The notes under the pieces are model-generated. The model worked only from the letters and a program-made list of their open reading frames with translations. It was not told the DNA's origin and did no database searches. This document shows positions 1 through 11,026 of a stretch of DNA of 64,000 nucleotides, piece by piece. The stretch comes from Pedobacter sp. (lineage in GTDB: Bacteria > Bacteroidota > Bacteroidia > Sphingobacteriales > Sphingobacteriaceae): the NCBI GenBank assembly GCA_025351765.1, contig JANXVH010000170.1, forward strand, positions 65,993-129,992, read 5' to 3'. The position numbers and the translations under genes are program-made. Each line of letters opens with the position of its first letter. Position 1 is the stretch's first letter.

Positions 1-4
1 TCCA

Positions 5-2824
5 TTGTCCATCATTGTGCTTATTGGGCTAATTGCACCCGCTATTTTAAGAGAAGGGTCTAACAGGTTTGTGCAGTACGACAAAGAAATATTGCCTGTA
101 GCGCCCTTTGGCTTTAGCATTTTGAATAAGTCGTTACAGTTTTTGCAGGGCGATGATGCCGTTGTTAATTTAAAACTGACAGGCGATCAGATTCCTCAGG
201 AGGTTTATATTTCTGATGGTGTGAATAGCTATAAGCTGATTAAAGAAGATAAAATAAATTTTAGTTACACTTTTAAAAACATTCAAAAAAGCAGGAAGAT
301 CCAGTTCTCTGCAGGTGGTTTTAATTCGATCACCTACCATCTGGAAGTGAAGGCTAAACCGGCAATATTAAGTATGACGGCGGATTTAAAATACCCTGCT
401 TACCTTAATAAAAGAAGTGAAACGATCCAAAACGCTGGAGACATGCTGATCCCTGAGGGTACGCTGATTACCTGGAATATCAGCACCGAGAACAGTTCGG
501 CTTTAACATTTATTTTAGGAAAAGAGAAATCTGGCCTAAGTCCGATTGATGATTCTTACACATTTAGCCGGACTATCAAGGAAGATATTATTTATACGAT
601 TAGTCCGAAAAATCAATTTGTAGCCGGTAAGGATGCTATTCATCATCAAATCAATGTGATCAAAGATGAGTTTCCGTCTATAAATGCTGTTGAAAAATTG
701 GATTCGCTAAGTAGTAAGGTCCTTTATTTTTCTGGTGATATTGCTGATGATCATGGGTTTAGTGCATTGGCGTTTATTGTGAATAGCAAAGAAAATGGCG
801 TTTTAAAGTCGGTAAGTAAAAAGTACATCCCGGTTAAAAAAGACCAGCGACAAAACGCTTTCTTTTTTGTGTGGAACATGAAGAATGAGGCGCTAAAAGG
901 CGGGCAATCGCTGGAATATTACTTTGAGGTATGGGATAATGACGGTGTTAACGGAGCTAAAGCGAGTAAAACGGACATTAAGGTTTTTGAAGTTCAATCT
1001 GCACAGCAAATCAACGATAAGTTGAATGAAGGTAGCAAAAGCCTGAAACAACAAATGGAAAAGGCCATTAAACTGGCAGGCGATGTAGAGAAGGAAACAA
1101 AAAAGCTAAGTGAGACCTTGTTGGACAAGAAACAGTTGAGCTTTGATGATAAAAAGCTTGTTGAGCAACTGCTGGACAAACAAAAGCAATTAGACGAGGC
1201 GGTTAAAGCTATTAAGGAGCAAAACGAGAAGAATACTTTCCAAAAGGAAGAGAATAATGCATTAAAAGAAGAGCTGGCGGATAAGCAGAAAAAGATTGAT
1301 GAGCTGTTTAATAATGTGTTGGACGAGAAGACTAAAATGTTGCTTAAAAAGCTACAAGAGCTAATGGATCAAGACAATAAAGATCAAACGCAAACGGAGC
1401 TTTCTAAAATGCAGATGGATAATAAGTCGCTCAAGAATGAGCTAGACAGGATCCTGGAGCTTTATAAACAACTGGAGTTTGAGCAGAATCTTCAGCGCAA
1501 CATTGATCAATTAAAGGTGCTTGCTAAAGAACAAAAAGATTTGGCCAAGAAATCGAATGCAAAGGATAGCAAATCGGCCGATTTAAAAGCCCAGCAGGAT
1601 AAGCTTGCTCAGGATTTTAAAAACTTAAAAGAAGAGCTGGAAAAAATAGCACAGAAAAATGAGCAATTGGAACGCCCAAACGCTTTTAAGAATCCTGAGG
1701 AAGAAGCTAAAGAGGTAGCAAAACAACAACAAAATAGCAATAATAACCTGGACAAGGGCGACAAGCAAGAAGCGGCTCAAAGTCAGCAGAAAGCTGGTGA
1801 CCAGTTAGATAAAATGGCTCAAAAGATGGAGGAGATGCAAAAAGAATCCTCAGATGCACAAAACTCTGTTAATGCCGAAGAGCTTAGGCAGTTGTTAGAA
1901 AATCTCTTAAAAACTTCCTTTGATCAAGAAAAGGTGATGCTTGCTTTAAGAAACATGAACAGTAGTGACCCCTTGTATACAGCAAATGTGCAGAAGCAGC
2001 GCGGCATTAAAGACAACCTAAAAACCATTGCCGATAGTTTGTTTAGCCTAAGTAAGCGAGTGCCGCAGATAGAAAGTGTGGTAAACGAGGAAATGCAGAA
2101 AATTAATTTGAACGTTGATAAAGGACTGGAAAATTTAGGGGAAAGAAATACGCCTGCTGCTAACCGAAATCAGCAATATGCCATGACCTCTATTAATAAT
2201 TTATCGCTCATGCTGAGCGAGGCCTTAGACCAGCTTCAAAAGGCAAAGAAGAATGGTAAGGGAGGAAAAGGCAGCAAGGGAAGTATGAAACAGTTGCAAC
2301 AAATGCAACAGCAGCTCAACAACAGTATGCAAAAGGCGCGTGAGCAGATGCAGCGCGAGGGAAATAATGGAAAGGCTCAAAAAGGGCAGATGAGTCAGGA
2401 GTTTGCCAAAATGGCCCAGCAGCAGCAAATGATTAGGGAAGCCATGCAAAAGCTTAACCGGGAGCAAAATAAAAATGGTAAAAGCGGGGCGAGAGATCTT
2501 AGTAAGTCTATTGAAGATATGAAGGCCACGGAAACGGACTTGGTAAACAAAAAGATAGAACAACAAACTTTAGACCGGCAGAAGAAGATTTTGGATAAAA
2601 TGCTTGATGCAGAGAAGGCGCAAAGAGAAGAAAACGAAGATGAGAAGCGCGAAGCTAAAGCCGGCAAGGAGTTTCCCCCATCTTACAAACAGATGCTGGA
2701 AAAGTTTAATAATACAAAGCAATCTGAGACAGAATGGCTTCGAAAGCTTCCGGCAGATCTCAACTACTACTATAAAAACAAAGTAATTGAATATTTTAAA
2801 TTGTTAAATTCGCCGAAAAAATAA
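5..2824 (+). CDS. DUF4175-like large membrane-anchored coiled-coil protein (5'-truncated by window edge)
   Basis: 939-aa ORF open at the window start; residual TM segment, beta-rich Ig-like region, EYYFEVWDNDGVNGAK motif, long Q/M/K-rich coiled coil; lies upstream of ybeY. Confidence 0.7.
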   Translation: MSIIVLIGLIAPAILREGSNRFVQYDKEILPVAPFGFSILNKSLQFLQGDDAVVNLKLTGDQIPQEVYISDGVNSYKLIKEDKINFSYTFKNIQKSRKIQFSAGGFNSITYHLEVKAKPAILSMTADLKYPAYLNKRSETIQNAGDMLIPEGTLITWNISTENSSALTFILGKEKSGLSPIDDSYTFSRTIKEDIIYTISPKNQFVAGKDAIHHQINVIKDEFPSINAVEKLDSLSSKVLYFSGDIADDHGFSALAFIVNSKENGVLKSVSKKYIPVKKDQRQNAFFFVWNMKNEALKGGQSLEYYFEVWDNDGVNGAKASKTDIKVFEVQSAQQINDKLNEGSKSLKQQMEKAIKLAGDVEKETKKLSETLLDKKQLSFDDKKLVEQLLDKQKQLDEAVKAIKEQNEKNTFQKEENNALKEELADKQKKIDELFNNVLDEKTKMLLKKLQELMDQDNKDQTQTELSKMQMDNKSLKNELDRILELYKQLEFEQNLQRNIDQLKVLAKEQKDLAKKSNAKDSKSADLKAQQDKLAQDFKNLKEELEKIAQKNEQLERPNAFKNPEEEAKEVAKQQQNSNNNLDKGDKQEAAQSQQKAGDQLDKMAQKMEEMQKESSDAQNSVNAEELRQLLENLLKTSFDQEKVMLALRNMNSSDPLYTANVQKQRGIKDNLKTIADSLFSLSKRVPQIESVVNEEMQKINLNVDKGLENLGERNTPAANRNQQYAMTSINNLSLMLSEALDQLQKAKKNGKGGKGSKGSMKQLQQMQQQLNNSMQKAREQMQREGNNGKAQKGQMSQEFAKMAQQQQMIREAMQKLNREQNKNGKSGARDLSKSIEDMKATETDLVNKKIEQQTLDRQKKILDKMLDAEKAQREENEDEKREAKAGKEFPPSYKQMLEKFNNTKQSETEWLRKLPADLNYYYKNKVIEYFKLLNSPKK

Positions 2825-2829
2825 GTAGA

Positions 2830-3276
2830 ATGTCTAAAGGGACGATCAATTTCTTTGCAGAAGAAACCAATTACCAGTTGAAACAAAAACGGGTATTGAA
2901 AGCCTGGATTAAAGCCGCTATAGCTGCAGAAGGCTATCAGTTGGATGAATTGAACTTTATCTTATGCTCTGACGCTTATTTACTGCGCATGAACCAAGAT
3001 TACCTTAAGCACGATACTTATACCGATGTAATCACATTTGACAACTCTGAGGTCTTAAAATCAATTGTTGGAGACATCTTCATCAGCATGGACAGAATAA
3101 AGGAAAATGCAAGTGCTTTGGGTGTAACCGCCAGCGAAGAACTAAGTAGGGTTATGATACATGGCACATTGCATTTATTGGGGTATAAAGATAAATCCAA
3201 ACCAGCAAAGGCATTGATGACAGAGAAGGAAGACGATTACCTGGGCAAGCTTTCTGCTATTCAGGGTACGGTATAG
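2830..3276 (+). CDS. ybeY: rRNA maturation endoribonuclease YbeY
   Basis: TDVITF, GDIFIS and HGTLHLLGY (H3XH5X) zinc motif. Confidence 0.95.
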   Translation: MSKGTINFFAEETNYQLKQKRVLKAWIKAAIAAEGYQLDELNFILCSDAYLLRMNQDYLKHDTYTDVITFDNSEVLKSIVGDIFISMDRIKENASALGVTASEELSRVMIHGTLHLLGYKDKSKPAKALMTEKEDDYLGKLSAIQGTV

Positions 3277-3300
3277 AATTTATGTTTGCCTTTTATTGTT

Positions 3301-3308
3301 TACTTTTG
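3301..3308 (+). promoter_or_regulatory. Bacteroidota sigma-A -7 element TACTTTTG
   Basis: Exact TAnnTTTG match 38 nt upstream of the ABC-F TTG start. Confidence 0.6.
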
Positions 3309-3346
3309 TAGCAATTTCTTATATATAAAATCGTTAATAAAATACT

Positions 3347-5203
3347 TTGAGCACATTAATTGCAGCCGAAAGCCTTGGTCATGCTTATCATGATGAATGG
3401 CTATTTAAGAACCTAACTTTAGGAATACAAACAGGTCAGCGAGTTGCGCTTGTAGGCATCAATGGTGCCGGCAAAAGCACCTTATTAAAATTACTAGCCG
3501 AAAGATTTTCTCCTCTTGAAGGAAAAATTGTTAAAAATAAATCTACTAAGATTGGATTCCTGGATCAGGAACCCTCCTTTCCTGACGGCTACTCTATAAG
3601 TGACTTCATATTTTCTTTGGAAAATAAGCAACAGCAACTAATTAAAGAATATGAGGAGCGAATAGAAGATCCAAACCCTGATGAGAAAACCTTAAACAGG
3701 CTTTATGAAGAGCTGAGCGAACACAATGCCTGGGAATATGAGCATGAGATAAAAACTATCTTAAGTAGAATGGGCATTACCCACTTACAGCAAAAAATAG
3801 ATACCCTATCTGGTGGGCAGAAAAAACGCCTTGCTCTGGCTAAGCTTTTGATTGAAGACCCGGAGATTTATGTGCTGGACGAGCCTACCAATCACCTTGA
3901 TATTGATACCATAGAGTGGTTAGAAAAACTGCTTACTTCTGGAAATAAAACCATTTTATTGGTAACACATGATCGGTATTTTTTGGATAATGTATGCAAT
4001 ACTATAGTGGAATTGGACAGGGGCAAGATTTACAATTACAATGGCAATTATGCTTACTTCCTAGAAAAAAAATCTGAAAGGGAGGCATCAGACGAGAGTA
4101 CGTTCCATAAGAATAAGAACCTCTTAAAAAAGGAATTGGAATGGATGAGACGTATGCCCCAGGCGAGAGGAACTAAATCGCAAGCCAGAATTGATGCTTT
4201 TTACGATTTAGACAATAAAACAAAGCAAAGGACTGACAATCAAACTATTACACTAAAAGTTAAGATGGCTAGGCAAGGGAATAAAATCCTGGAGCTGAAC
4301 CACATTGGTCAATCTTTTGACAATAAGGCGATTATCAATGACTTCAGTTATACTTTCAAGAGGGCAGATAGAATTGGCCTTGCCGGAAAGAATGGCACAG
4401 GTAAGTCAACGCTTTTGAATATAATGACTAGTTTACTGATACCTGAAAAGGGAAAAGTGAGCACTGGTGATACCACTGTTTACGGTTATTATAAACAGGG
4501 CGGCTTATCATTTAACGAAAAAGAAAGGGTTATAGATATAGTTAAATCTGATGCGGAATACATAAAGATGGCGGATGGATCGACGATCTCCGCTTCGCAA
4601 CTTTTGACATTATTTTTATTCCCCCCAAAGAAGCAACACGGCATGGTGGAAAAGCTTAGTGGAGGAGAAAAGAAGAGGCTGCATTTAATGAAAGTTTTAA
4701 TGCAAAATCCTAATTTCTTGATTCTGGATGAGCCGACCAATGATCTTGATATTGACACATTGAATGTGTTAGAAGAGTTCTTAGAAAACTTTCCGGGAGT
4801 ATTGATCTTGGTATCTCACGATAGGTATTTGTTAGATAAAATGAGCGAACAGCTATTCATTATGGAAGGCAATGGCGAAGTGACCATTTATAACGGTAAC
4901 TATTCGGAATACCGATTAAGCTTGAGCAACCCTAAAGAAGTGCCCGTTGTGAAGGCAATAAAACAGGAAGTGTCCGAAAAATCCGCTGGGAAGAAACTGA
5001 GCTATAAGGAGCAAAAAGAATTGGAAGACTCAGAAATGAAAATCCAACTGTTGGAAGAGGAAGTAGCCGGCCTTAATAAATCGATTGACGAAATTGACGC
5101 TTCTGATTATAAAAAGCTGAAAGAAGTAAGTGATTTGATAGAAAAGAAAAACGAAGAGCTCGATGCAGTAACCAGTCGGTGGCTAGAGCTTTCGGAATTA
5201 TAG
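3347..5203 (+). CDS. ABC-F family ATPase (Uup-like)
   Basis: Two NBDs (GINGAGKST/LSGGQKKR/LDEPTNHLD and GKNGTGKST/LSGGEKKR/LDEPTNDLD), no TM segments, C-terminal KLSYKEQKE coiled coil. Confidence 0.9.
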   Translation: MSTLIAAESLGHAYHDEWLFKNLTLGIQTGQRVALVGINGAGKSTLLKLLAERFSPLEGKIVKNKSTKIGFLDQEPSFPDGYSISDFIFSLENKQQQLIKEYEERIEDPNPDEKTLNRLYEELSEHNAWEYEHEIKTILSRMGITHLQQKIDTLSGGQKKRLALAKLLIEDPEIYVLDEPTNHLDIDTIEWLEKLLTSGNKTILLVTHDRYFLDNVCNTIVELDRGKIYNYNGNYAYFLEKKSEREASDESTFHKNKNLLKKELEWMRRMPQARGTKSQARIDAFYDLDNKTKQRTDNQTITLKVKMARQGNKILELNHIGQSFDNKAIINDFSYTFKRADRIGLAGKNGTGKSTLLNIMTSLLIPEKGKVSTGDTTVYGYYKQGGLSFNEKERVIDIVKSDAEYIKMADGSTISASQLLTLFLFPPKKQHGMVEKLSGGEKKRLHLMKVLMQNPNFLILDEPTNDLDIDTLNVLEEFLENFPGVLILVSHDRYLLDKMSEQLFIMEGNGEVTIYNGNYSEYRLSLSNPKEVPVVKAIKQEVSEKSAGKKLSYKEQKELEDSEMKIQLLEEEVAGLNKSIDEIDASDYKKLKEVSDLIEKKNEELDAVTSRWLELSEL

Positions 5204-5217
5204 AATGATTAATAGCA

Positions 5218-5261
5218 ATGTTTCACGTGAAACTGACTCCATACAGTTTCACGTGAAACAT
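5218..5261. promoter_or_regulatory. parS: Pair of parS (ParB-binding) sites forming an 18-bp perfect inverted repeat
   Basis: TGTTTCACGTGAAACT (5219-5234) and AGTTTCACGTGAAACA (5245-5260), each 15/16 to consensus TGTTTCACGTGAAACA. Confidence 0.88.
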
Positions 5262-5275
5262 ATTAGATTATAGAT

Positions 5276-7138
5276 ATGTTTAAAGAATACGATGTAATAG
5301 TTGTTGGCGCTGGGCACGCGGGCTGTGAGGCTGCTGCGGCTGCCGCCAACCTTGGTTCTTCGGTACTGTTGGTTACTATGAACATGGAAACTATCGCCCA
5401 AATGAGTTGCAACCCTGCAATGGGGGGAGTAGCAAAAGGTCAAATCGTTAGAGAAATTGATGCGATGGGTGGATATTCTGGTATTATCGCAGACAAAACA
5501 ACGTTGCAATTTAGGATGCTCAACCTATCTAAAGGTCCGGCAATGTGGAGCCCTAGAAGTCAAAATGATAGAAAGAGATTTGCTGAAGAGTGGAGACTGG
5601 CCTTGGAGAGGACGCCCAATGTAGATTTCTGGCAGGATATGGTAAGTAGCCTGATTATAAAAGATGGTGTAGTTACCGGTGTGAGAACCTCCATCGGGGT
5701 GGAGATAAAGTCAAAAAGTGTGGTATTAACAAACGGCACGTTTTTAAATGGTTTAATTCACATCGGAGAGAAAAAATTTGGCGGAGGAAGAACAGGAGAA
5801 AAAGCGGCTACGGGGATTACTGAACAATTAACGAGTTACGGCTTTGAAGCTGGCAGAATGAAGACAGGTACGCCTCCCCGCGTTGACGGCCGATCTTTAA
5901 ATTATTCCTTAATGGAAGAGCAATGGGGGGATGAAAACCCTGGTCGTTTTTCCTATACCAATGTTGAACTTCCTAAACAACAACGTTGCTGCTGGATTAC
6001 ATATACGAATACTAATGTACACGAAACTTTAAAAGAGGGCTTTGAAAAATCTCCAATGTTTACTGGGAGAATTAAAGGATTAGGCCCCAGATACTGTCCT
6101 TCAATAGAAGATAAGATTAATCGTTTTGCAGAAAGAGAAAGGCACCAGATTTTTGTTGAGCCAGAAGGATGGGATACTTGTGAAATCTATGTAAATGGCT
6201 TTTCAACTTCGCTCCCTGAGGATGTTCAATATAAAGCATTAGTACAAATCCCTGGATTTGAAAATGCTAAAATGTTCAGGCCGGGTTATGCAATAGAGTA
6301 CGATTACTTTCCACCTACGCAGCTTTCCTTAACATTAGAAACAAAACTTGTACAGAACTTATATTTTGCCGGGCAGATTAACGGTACTACAGGATATGAG
6401 GAAGCAGCCAGTCAGGGGTTCATTGCGGGTATTAATGCCCATCAAAAGGTTTGGAATAAAGACGCGCTGATCATGAAAAGATCAGAATCTTATATTGGTG
6501 TGCTTATTGATGATCTTGTAACCAAAGGCACTGAAGAACCCTATAGGATGTTTACATCCCGGGCAGAGCACCGTTTATTACTAAGACAAGATAATGCAGA
6601 CATTCGCCTCTCTCCCATTGGACATAAACTTGGGCTGATTAGCGATGCGCGCCTGGATATTGTAAAAGCGAAAGTAGCAAATTCAGATGCCATTGTCGAT
6701 TTTACGAAAAAGCAAGGGATCGACATGGCTACAGCAAACGAGCTTTTAAAAGAACTTGGGACAAGTGAACTTAGTCAAAACGTGAAGATCATTAGTTTAT
6801 TGAGCCGGCCTCAAGTTGGAATTAATGACATTAGAAAAGTAAGTATTCCATTAAACGATCTCATTAGCACCTTTGATAAAGAAACCATCGAACAGGCTGA
6901 GATCAAAATAAAATATGAAAGCTATTTTGAGAAAGAACAGGAGATTGTAAGTAAAATGCAAAAGATGGAAGATAAGAATATAAATCCTGATTTTGATTAT
7001 TCACAATTAGGATCACTTTCCAAAGAAGCGCGAGAAAAATTGTTGAAGATAAAACCAAGAACACTAGGGCAAGCCTCCAGAATATCAGGCGTATCTCCAT
7101 CAGATATCTCAGTTTTAATGGTTCATATAACAAAATAA
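5276..7138 (+). CDS. mnmG: tRNA uridine-5-carboxymethylaminomethyl(34) synthesis enzyme MnmG/GidA
   Basis: [15 protein letters not shown] motif, [36 protein letters not shown]. Confidence 0.98.
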   Translation: MFKEYDVIVVGAGHAGCEAAAAAANLGSSVLLVTMNMETIAQMSCNPAMGGVAKGQIVREIDAMGGYSGIIADKTTLQFRMLNLSKGPAMWSPRSQNDRKRFAEEWRLALERTPNVDFWQDMVSSLIIKDGVVTGVRTSIGVEIKSKSVVLTNGTFLNGLIHIGEKKFGGGRTGEKAATGITEQLTSYGFEAGRMKTGTPPRVDGRSLNYSLMEEQWGDENPGRFSYTNVELPKQQRCCWITYTNTNVHETLKEGFEKSPMFTGRIKGLGPRYCPSIEDKINRFAERERHQIFVEPEGWDTCEIYVNGFSTSLPEDVQYKALVQIPGFENAKMFRPGYAIEYDYFPPTQLSLTLETKLVQNLYFAGQINGTTGYEEAASQGFIAGINAHQKVWNKDALIMKRSESYIGVLIDDLVTKGTEEPYRMFTSRAEHRLLLRQDNADIRLSPIGHKLGLISDARLDIVKAKVANSDAIVDFTKKQGIDMATANELLKELGTSELSQNVKIISLLSRPQVGINDIRKVSIPLNDLISTFDKETIEQAEIKIKYESYFEKEQEIVSKMQKMEDKNINPDFDYSQLGSLSKEAREKLLKIKPRTLGQASRISGVSPSDISVLMVHITK

Positions 7139-7281
7139 CTAGTAAGTAACTGATAAACAACATTTTAAATAATAAATCACTATAAAACTAGCTGGCTTAT
7201 TTTAAACACATCTTAGCAACAATAATTAATTTTTGATCAGTTATATTTAAACAACATAAAAACTCAACAGAGCTCATTTAA

Positions 7282-8913
7282 ATGCGAAAAAAGAACATCT
7301 ATAGCATAAGGCGCGCACTTGCATCGATAATTGGCATTTGCTTGGTGATATATGGTTGCGCAAGTATACAACAACCACAAGGAGGCCCTAGAGACACGAC
7401 TCCTCCGGAGGTATTAAAAATGACTCCTAAAAATCTAACCACCAATTTTCATGAAAAGAAGATTTTAATTGAGTTTAATGAATATTTCAAAATTGCAAAT
7501 GAAATAAAGGAATTTTCAATATCTCCGGAACTGAACATTGCCCCTACTTTAAAAGTGAAGCAAAAACGTTTAGAGATTACCTTTACAGATACCCTAGAAA
7601 AAAATACAACTTATACGCTGAACTTTGGAAAAGCAATTGTTGACATCAATGAGAATAACGCTATTAAAAACTTCACGTATGTTTTTGCTACAGGACCGGA
7701 GCTAGATTCGCTAAGCATCAATGGAAGGGTAACCAACTCAAAAACCGGAAAGCCAGAGATTGATGCCGTGGCATTTATTTTTCCCCTTAACAGGGATACG
7801 CTATTCGGAAAAGGTAAACCGGCTATTTATACAAGGACTGACAGCAATGGCAATTACAAACTAAGTAACCTTAGAAAGGATACGTATAAAATTTATGCCC
7901 TAAAGGAAACCAATGGTGATAAAATATATCAGCAGCCTACTGATGAAATTGGTTTTATTAAAGATTCCGTTCTTTTGGCTAAGAATTTGGATAGCATGAA
8001 TATCAAACTCTTTAAAGAAGATGCCAGAGTTTTCAGGGTACTGGACAAAAAATTAGATAAAGATGGTAGCATCAATTTTACTTTTAACCAGAAGCTTAAA
8101 AAGCCTGAGGTAATTGTGCTGGAGCCAACAGATCTTAACGTTTCGAAAAAATATAAGTTTAGTAAAAATAACGATTCTCTTAAAGTATGGCTAACCGCTT
8201 TGGCATTCGATTCTGTAAAAATTAGTATTAAGGATCAGAATAAATTGCTACAGACAACAACCCTTACAAGAGGTAAAAAAGAAACCTATACAAGGGCGCT
8301 CACTGCTGCTGGCAACCTGGACGGATCTATCTTAAACCCAAATAGCACATTAAGACTAACGTTTAACTTTCCTATAGAACAAATAGACACCACGAAAATT
8401 ACATTGCTTGAAGACTCTGTAGCCATTACTAATTTTGTGTTGTCCAAAGACAGCGTAGACTTCCTGACTTATTATCTTCGTTACCCATGGAAGGCTAAAA
8501 AGGCATACGATATTAAATATGGTGCTGGAGCATTTACAGGTATATTTAACGTTAAGAATAAAGAATTTATTCAGGCTTTTAAACTGGGAAGTAAAGAAGA
8601 TTATGGAACACTGATTACGAAGATTACCGTTCCTGAAAAGAATAAGAGCTACATTCTGGAAGTATTGAATGAAAATAGCGTTTCGGTAAACAAACTGGTT
8701 GTTAGACAAGATACTACTGTAACTTTTAGAAATTATAAATCGGGCAAATACTTTTTAAGGATTACGTACGATACGAATAAAAACGGAATATGGGATACAG
8801 GAAGTGTGTTATTAAAACTACAACCTGAACGTATATGGAACGAGCCAAAGGAAATGTCCATCAGGCCAAATTGGGAACGCAATGAAACCATTGTCATTCC
8901 AAAAGAGCAATAG
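7282..8913 (+). CDS. Ig-like domain lipoprotein (Big_5-type)
   Basis: Lipobox IYGC followed by ASIQQPQGGPRDTTPP; LEKNTTYTLNFGKAIVD; C-terminal DTNKNGIWDTG..QPE. Confidence 0.75.
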   Translation: MRKKNIYSIRRALASIIGICLVIYGCASIQQPQGGPRDTTPPEVLKMTPKNLTTNFHEKKILIEFNEYFKIANEIKEFSISPELNIAPTLKVKQKRLEITFTDTLEKNTTYTLNFGKAIVDINENNAIKNFTYVFATGPELDSLSINGRVTNSKTGKPEIDAVAFIFPLNRDTLFGKGKPAIYTRTDSNGNYKLSNLRKDTYKIYALKETNGDKIYQQPTDEIGFIKDSVLLAKNLDSMNIKLFKEDARVFRVLDKKLDKDGSINFTFNQKLKKPEVIVLEPTDLNVSKKYKFSKNNDSLKVWLTALAFDSVKISIKDQNKLLQTTTLTRGKKETYTRALTAAGNLDGSILNPNSTLRLTFNFPIEQIDTTKITLLEDSVAITNFVLSKDSVDFLTYYLRYPWKAKKAYDIKYGAGAFTGIFNVKNKEFIQAFKLGSKEDYGTLITKITVPEKNKSYILEVLNENSVSVNKLVVRQDTTVTFRNYKSGKYFLRITYDTNKNGIWDTGSVLLKLQPERIWNEPKEMSIRPNWERNETIVIPKEQ

Positions 8914-8926
8914 GAATATCCATAAA

Positions 8927-9436
8927 TTACCTAAACCAATCTGAATACATGATGTAATTATCGGGCAATTTGTTTAGCAATTCTCGTTGAGCATCACTGA
9001 TGGATTTAACTTTTTTAGCCGGTGTACCTGCATATATAAATCCGCTTTCGCAATGCGTATTTTCCAAAACGACAGACCCTGCAGCAATTATTACATAATC
9101 TTCAACCAGTGCATTATCCATCACTATTGCTCCCATCCCTATCAGGATATGATCTTTAAGAATGCATCCGTGTACTATGGCATTATGTCCTATAGAAACT
9201 CTGTTGCCAATAGTTGTTGCTGCTTTTAAATACGTGGCATGTATCACGGCTCCATCTTGGATATTGGTATCATTTCCGATTGTAATGGCGTTTACATCAC
9301 CACGGATTACAGCATTAAACCACACAGAGCAATTCTTGCCTAAAATAACATCACCAACAATGGTGGCATTGGGTGCAATAAAGTTATTGTGGCCGATAAC
9401 AGGATGCACTCCTTTAACTGGTAAAATAGTAGCCAT
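8927..9436 (-). CDS. gamma-class carbonic anhydrase family protein (YrdA/CaiE-like)
   Basis: Hexapeptide repeats, RGD, NIQDG, three His (VIHA, IGH, IVHG). Confidence 0.9.
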   Translation of the reverse strand: MATILPVKGVHPVIGHNNFIAPNATIVGDVILGKNCSVWFNAVIRGDVNAITIGNDTNIQDGAVIHATYLKAATTIGNRVSIGHNAIVHGCILKDHILIGMGAIVMDNALVEDYVIIAAGSVVLENTHCESGFIYAGTPAKKVKSISDAQRELLNKLPDNYIMYSDWFR

Positions 9437-9439
9437 AAT

Positions 9440-11026
9440 TTAAAAAACGGTATCTGTTAGTTGATCCATGTGATTAGGATAATCGGTTGTGAAATGCAAT
9501 CCCCTACTTTCCTTTCTTGCCATAGCAGACTTTATTACGATAAATGCTACTTGAATAACATTACGAAGCTCACACAATTTAACGGAAACTTTATTCTCTT
9601 TATAAAATTCTTCAGTTTCCTGATGCAGTAGAAACAGTCGCCTCATTGCACGTTCCAAACGAAAATCGGACCGTACAATACCAACATAATCACTCATCAA
9701 TTTCTGTGTTTCCCTCAAATTATGTGTTACCAGTATATCTTCATTTGATTGCGTAACCCCGTGGGCGTTCCATTCCGGAATGTGATCAGGGATCACATTA
9801 TTTTTAAAAGTAGCAATGGCGTCAAGGAATATCCTATGCGCAAAAACGGGTGCTTCCAATAACGAATTCGAAGCCAGCCTGTTTGCACCATGTAAGCCCG
9901 TTGAGGAACATTCCCCACAAGCATATAAATTGTTTATGGAAGACCTGCCGTGCTCATCTACCATGATACCTCCGCACATGTAATGCGCAGCAGGCGTTAC
10001 AGGAATAAGGTCTTTAGTCATGTCTATGCCAATAGATAAACACTTTGCATATATATTAGGAAAATGATTTAAAATATCAGCCTTGCTCCTGTTCCTTATA
10101 TCAAGATAAACAAAATCTTCTCCCGACTTTTTCATTTCAGAATCTATTGCGCGGGCAACGATATCACGGGGAGCCAATGAGCCTCTCTTATCGTATTCAT
10201 ACATGAACTCCTCTCCATTTTTTCTCCTTAAAACCCCTCCAAATCCCCTCACTGCTTCAGAAATAAGAAAGGCTGGATACTCTCCGGGATGATATAAAGC
10301 GGTTGGGTGGAACTGAATAAATTCCATATTCCTCAATTTGCCTTTCGCACGATATACCATTGCCATTCCATCGCCTGTGGCAATAACTGGGTTTGTGGTA
10401 CTCGAATAAATATGACCTGCACCACCAGATGCAAGGATAGTCACATTAGCCAAAATCTTTTCAACATCGTTAAGCTCTGTATTAAAGGCATATATACCAT
10501 AACATTCAATATCAGTGGTACTCTTATCAACATGTTTACCAAGGTGGTGCTGTGTGATCAACTCTAAACAAAAGTAATGTGTTAATATCTCTATGTTCTC
10601 ATTTTCATGAATCTGCTTGAGTAGCACACTCTCTATCTCATAGCCGGTAACATCTTTATAATGTAACACACGATGTTCCGAATGACCGCCTTCTTTAGCT
10701 AAATCGTATACACCAGTTTGGTTTTTATCAAAGTTAATTCCGTAATCAATGATCTCCTGTATACGCTGCGGTCCCTCTTTAACAACTATTTCAACGATAT
10801 GTTCATTACATAACCCATCGCCGGCAATTAGTGTATCTTCAATGTGCTTTTCAAAAGAATCATCTTTATCTACTACAACAGCAACCCCACCCTGAGCATA
10901 TTTCGTATTAGATTCATCCTCATTAGACTTTGTAACTATCAGAACTTTACCGTGCTTAGCTGCTTTGAGTGCAAAGCTTAATCCGGCAATACCAGACCCT
11001 ATCACTAAAAAATCGACTTTTCTCAT
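9440..11026 (-). CDS. nadB: L-aspartate oxidase
   Basis: GSGIAGL, YAQGG, EGGHS, QFHPT, LISEAVRG, HGANRLASNSLLE. Confidence 0.97.
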   Translation of the reverse strand: MRKVDFLVIGSGIAGLSFALKAAKHGKVLIVTKSNEDESNTKYAQGGVAVVVDKDDSFEKHIEDTLIAGDGLCNEHIVEIVVKEGPQRIQEIIDYGINFDKNQTGVYDLAKEGGHSEHRVLHYKDVTGYEIESVLLKQIHENENIEILTHYFCLELITQHHLGKHVDKSTTDIECYGIYAFNTELNDVEKILANVTILASGGAGHIYSSTTNPVIATGDGMAMVYRAKGKLRNMEFIQFHPTALYHPGEYPAFLISEAVRGFGGVLRRKNGEEFMYEYDKRGSLAPRDIVARAIDSEMKKSGEDFVYLDIRNRSKADILNHFPNIYAKCLSIGIDMTKDLIPVTPAAHYMCGGIMVDEHGRSSINNLYACGECSSTGLHGANRLASNSLLEAPVFAHRIFLDAIATFKNNVIPDHIPEWNAHGVTQSNEDILVTHNLRETQKLMSDYVGIVRSDFRLERAMRRLFLLHQETEEFYKENKVSVKLCELRNVIQVAFIVIKSAMARKESRGLHFTTDYPNHMDQLTDTVF

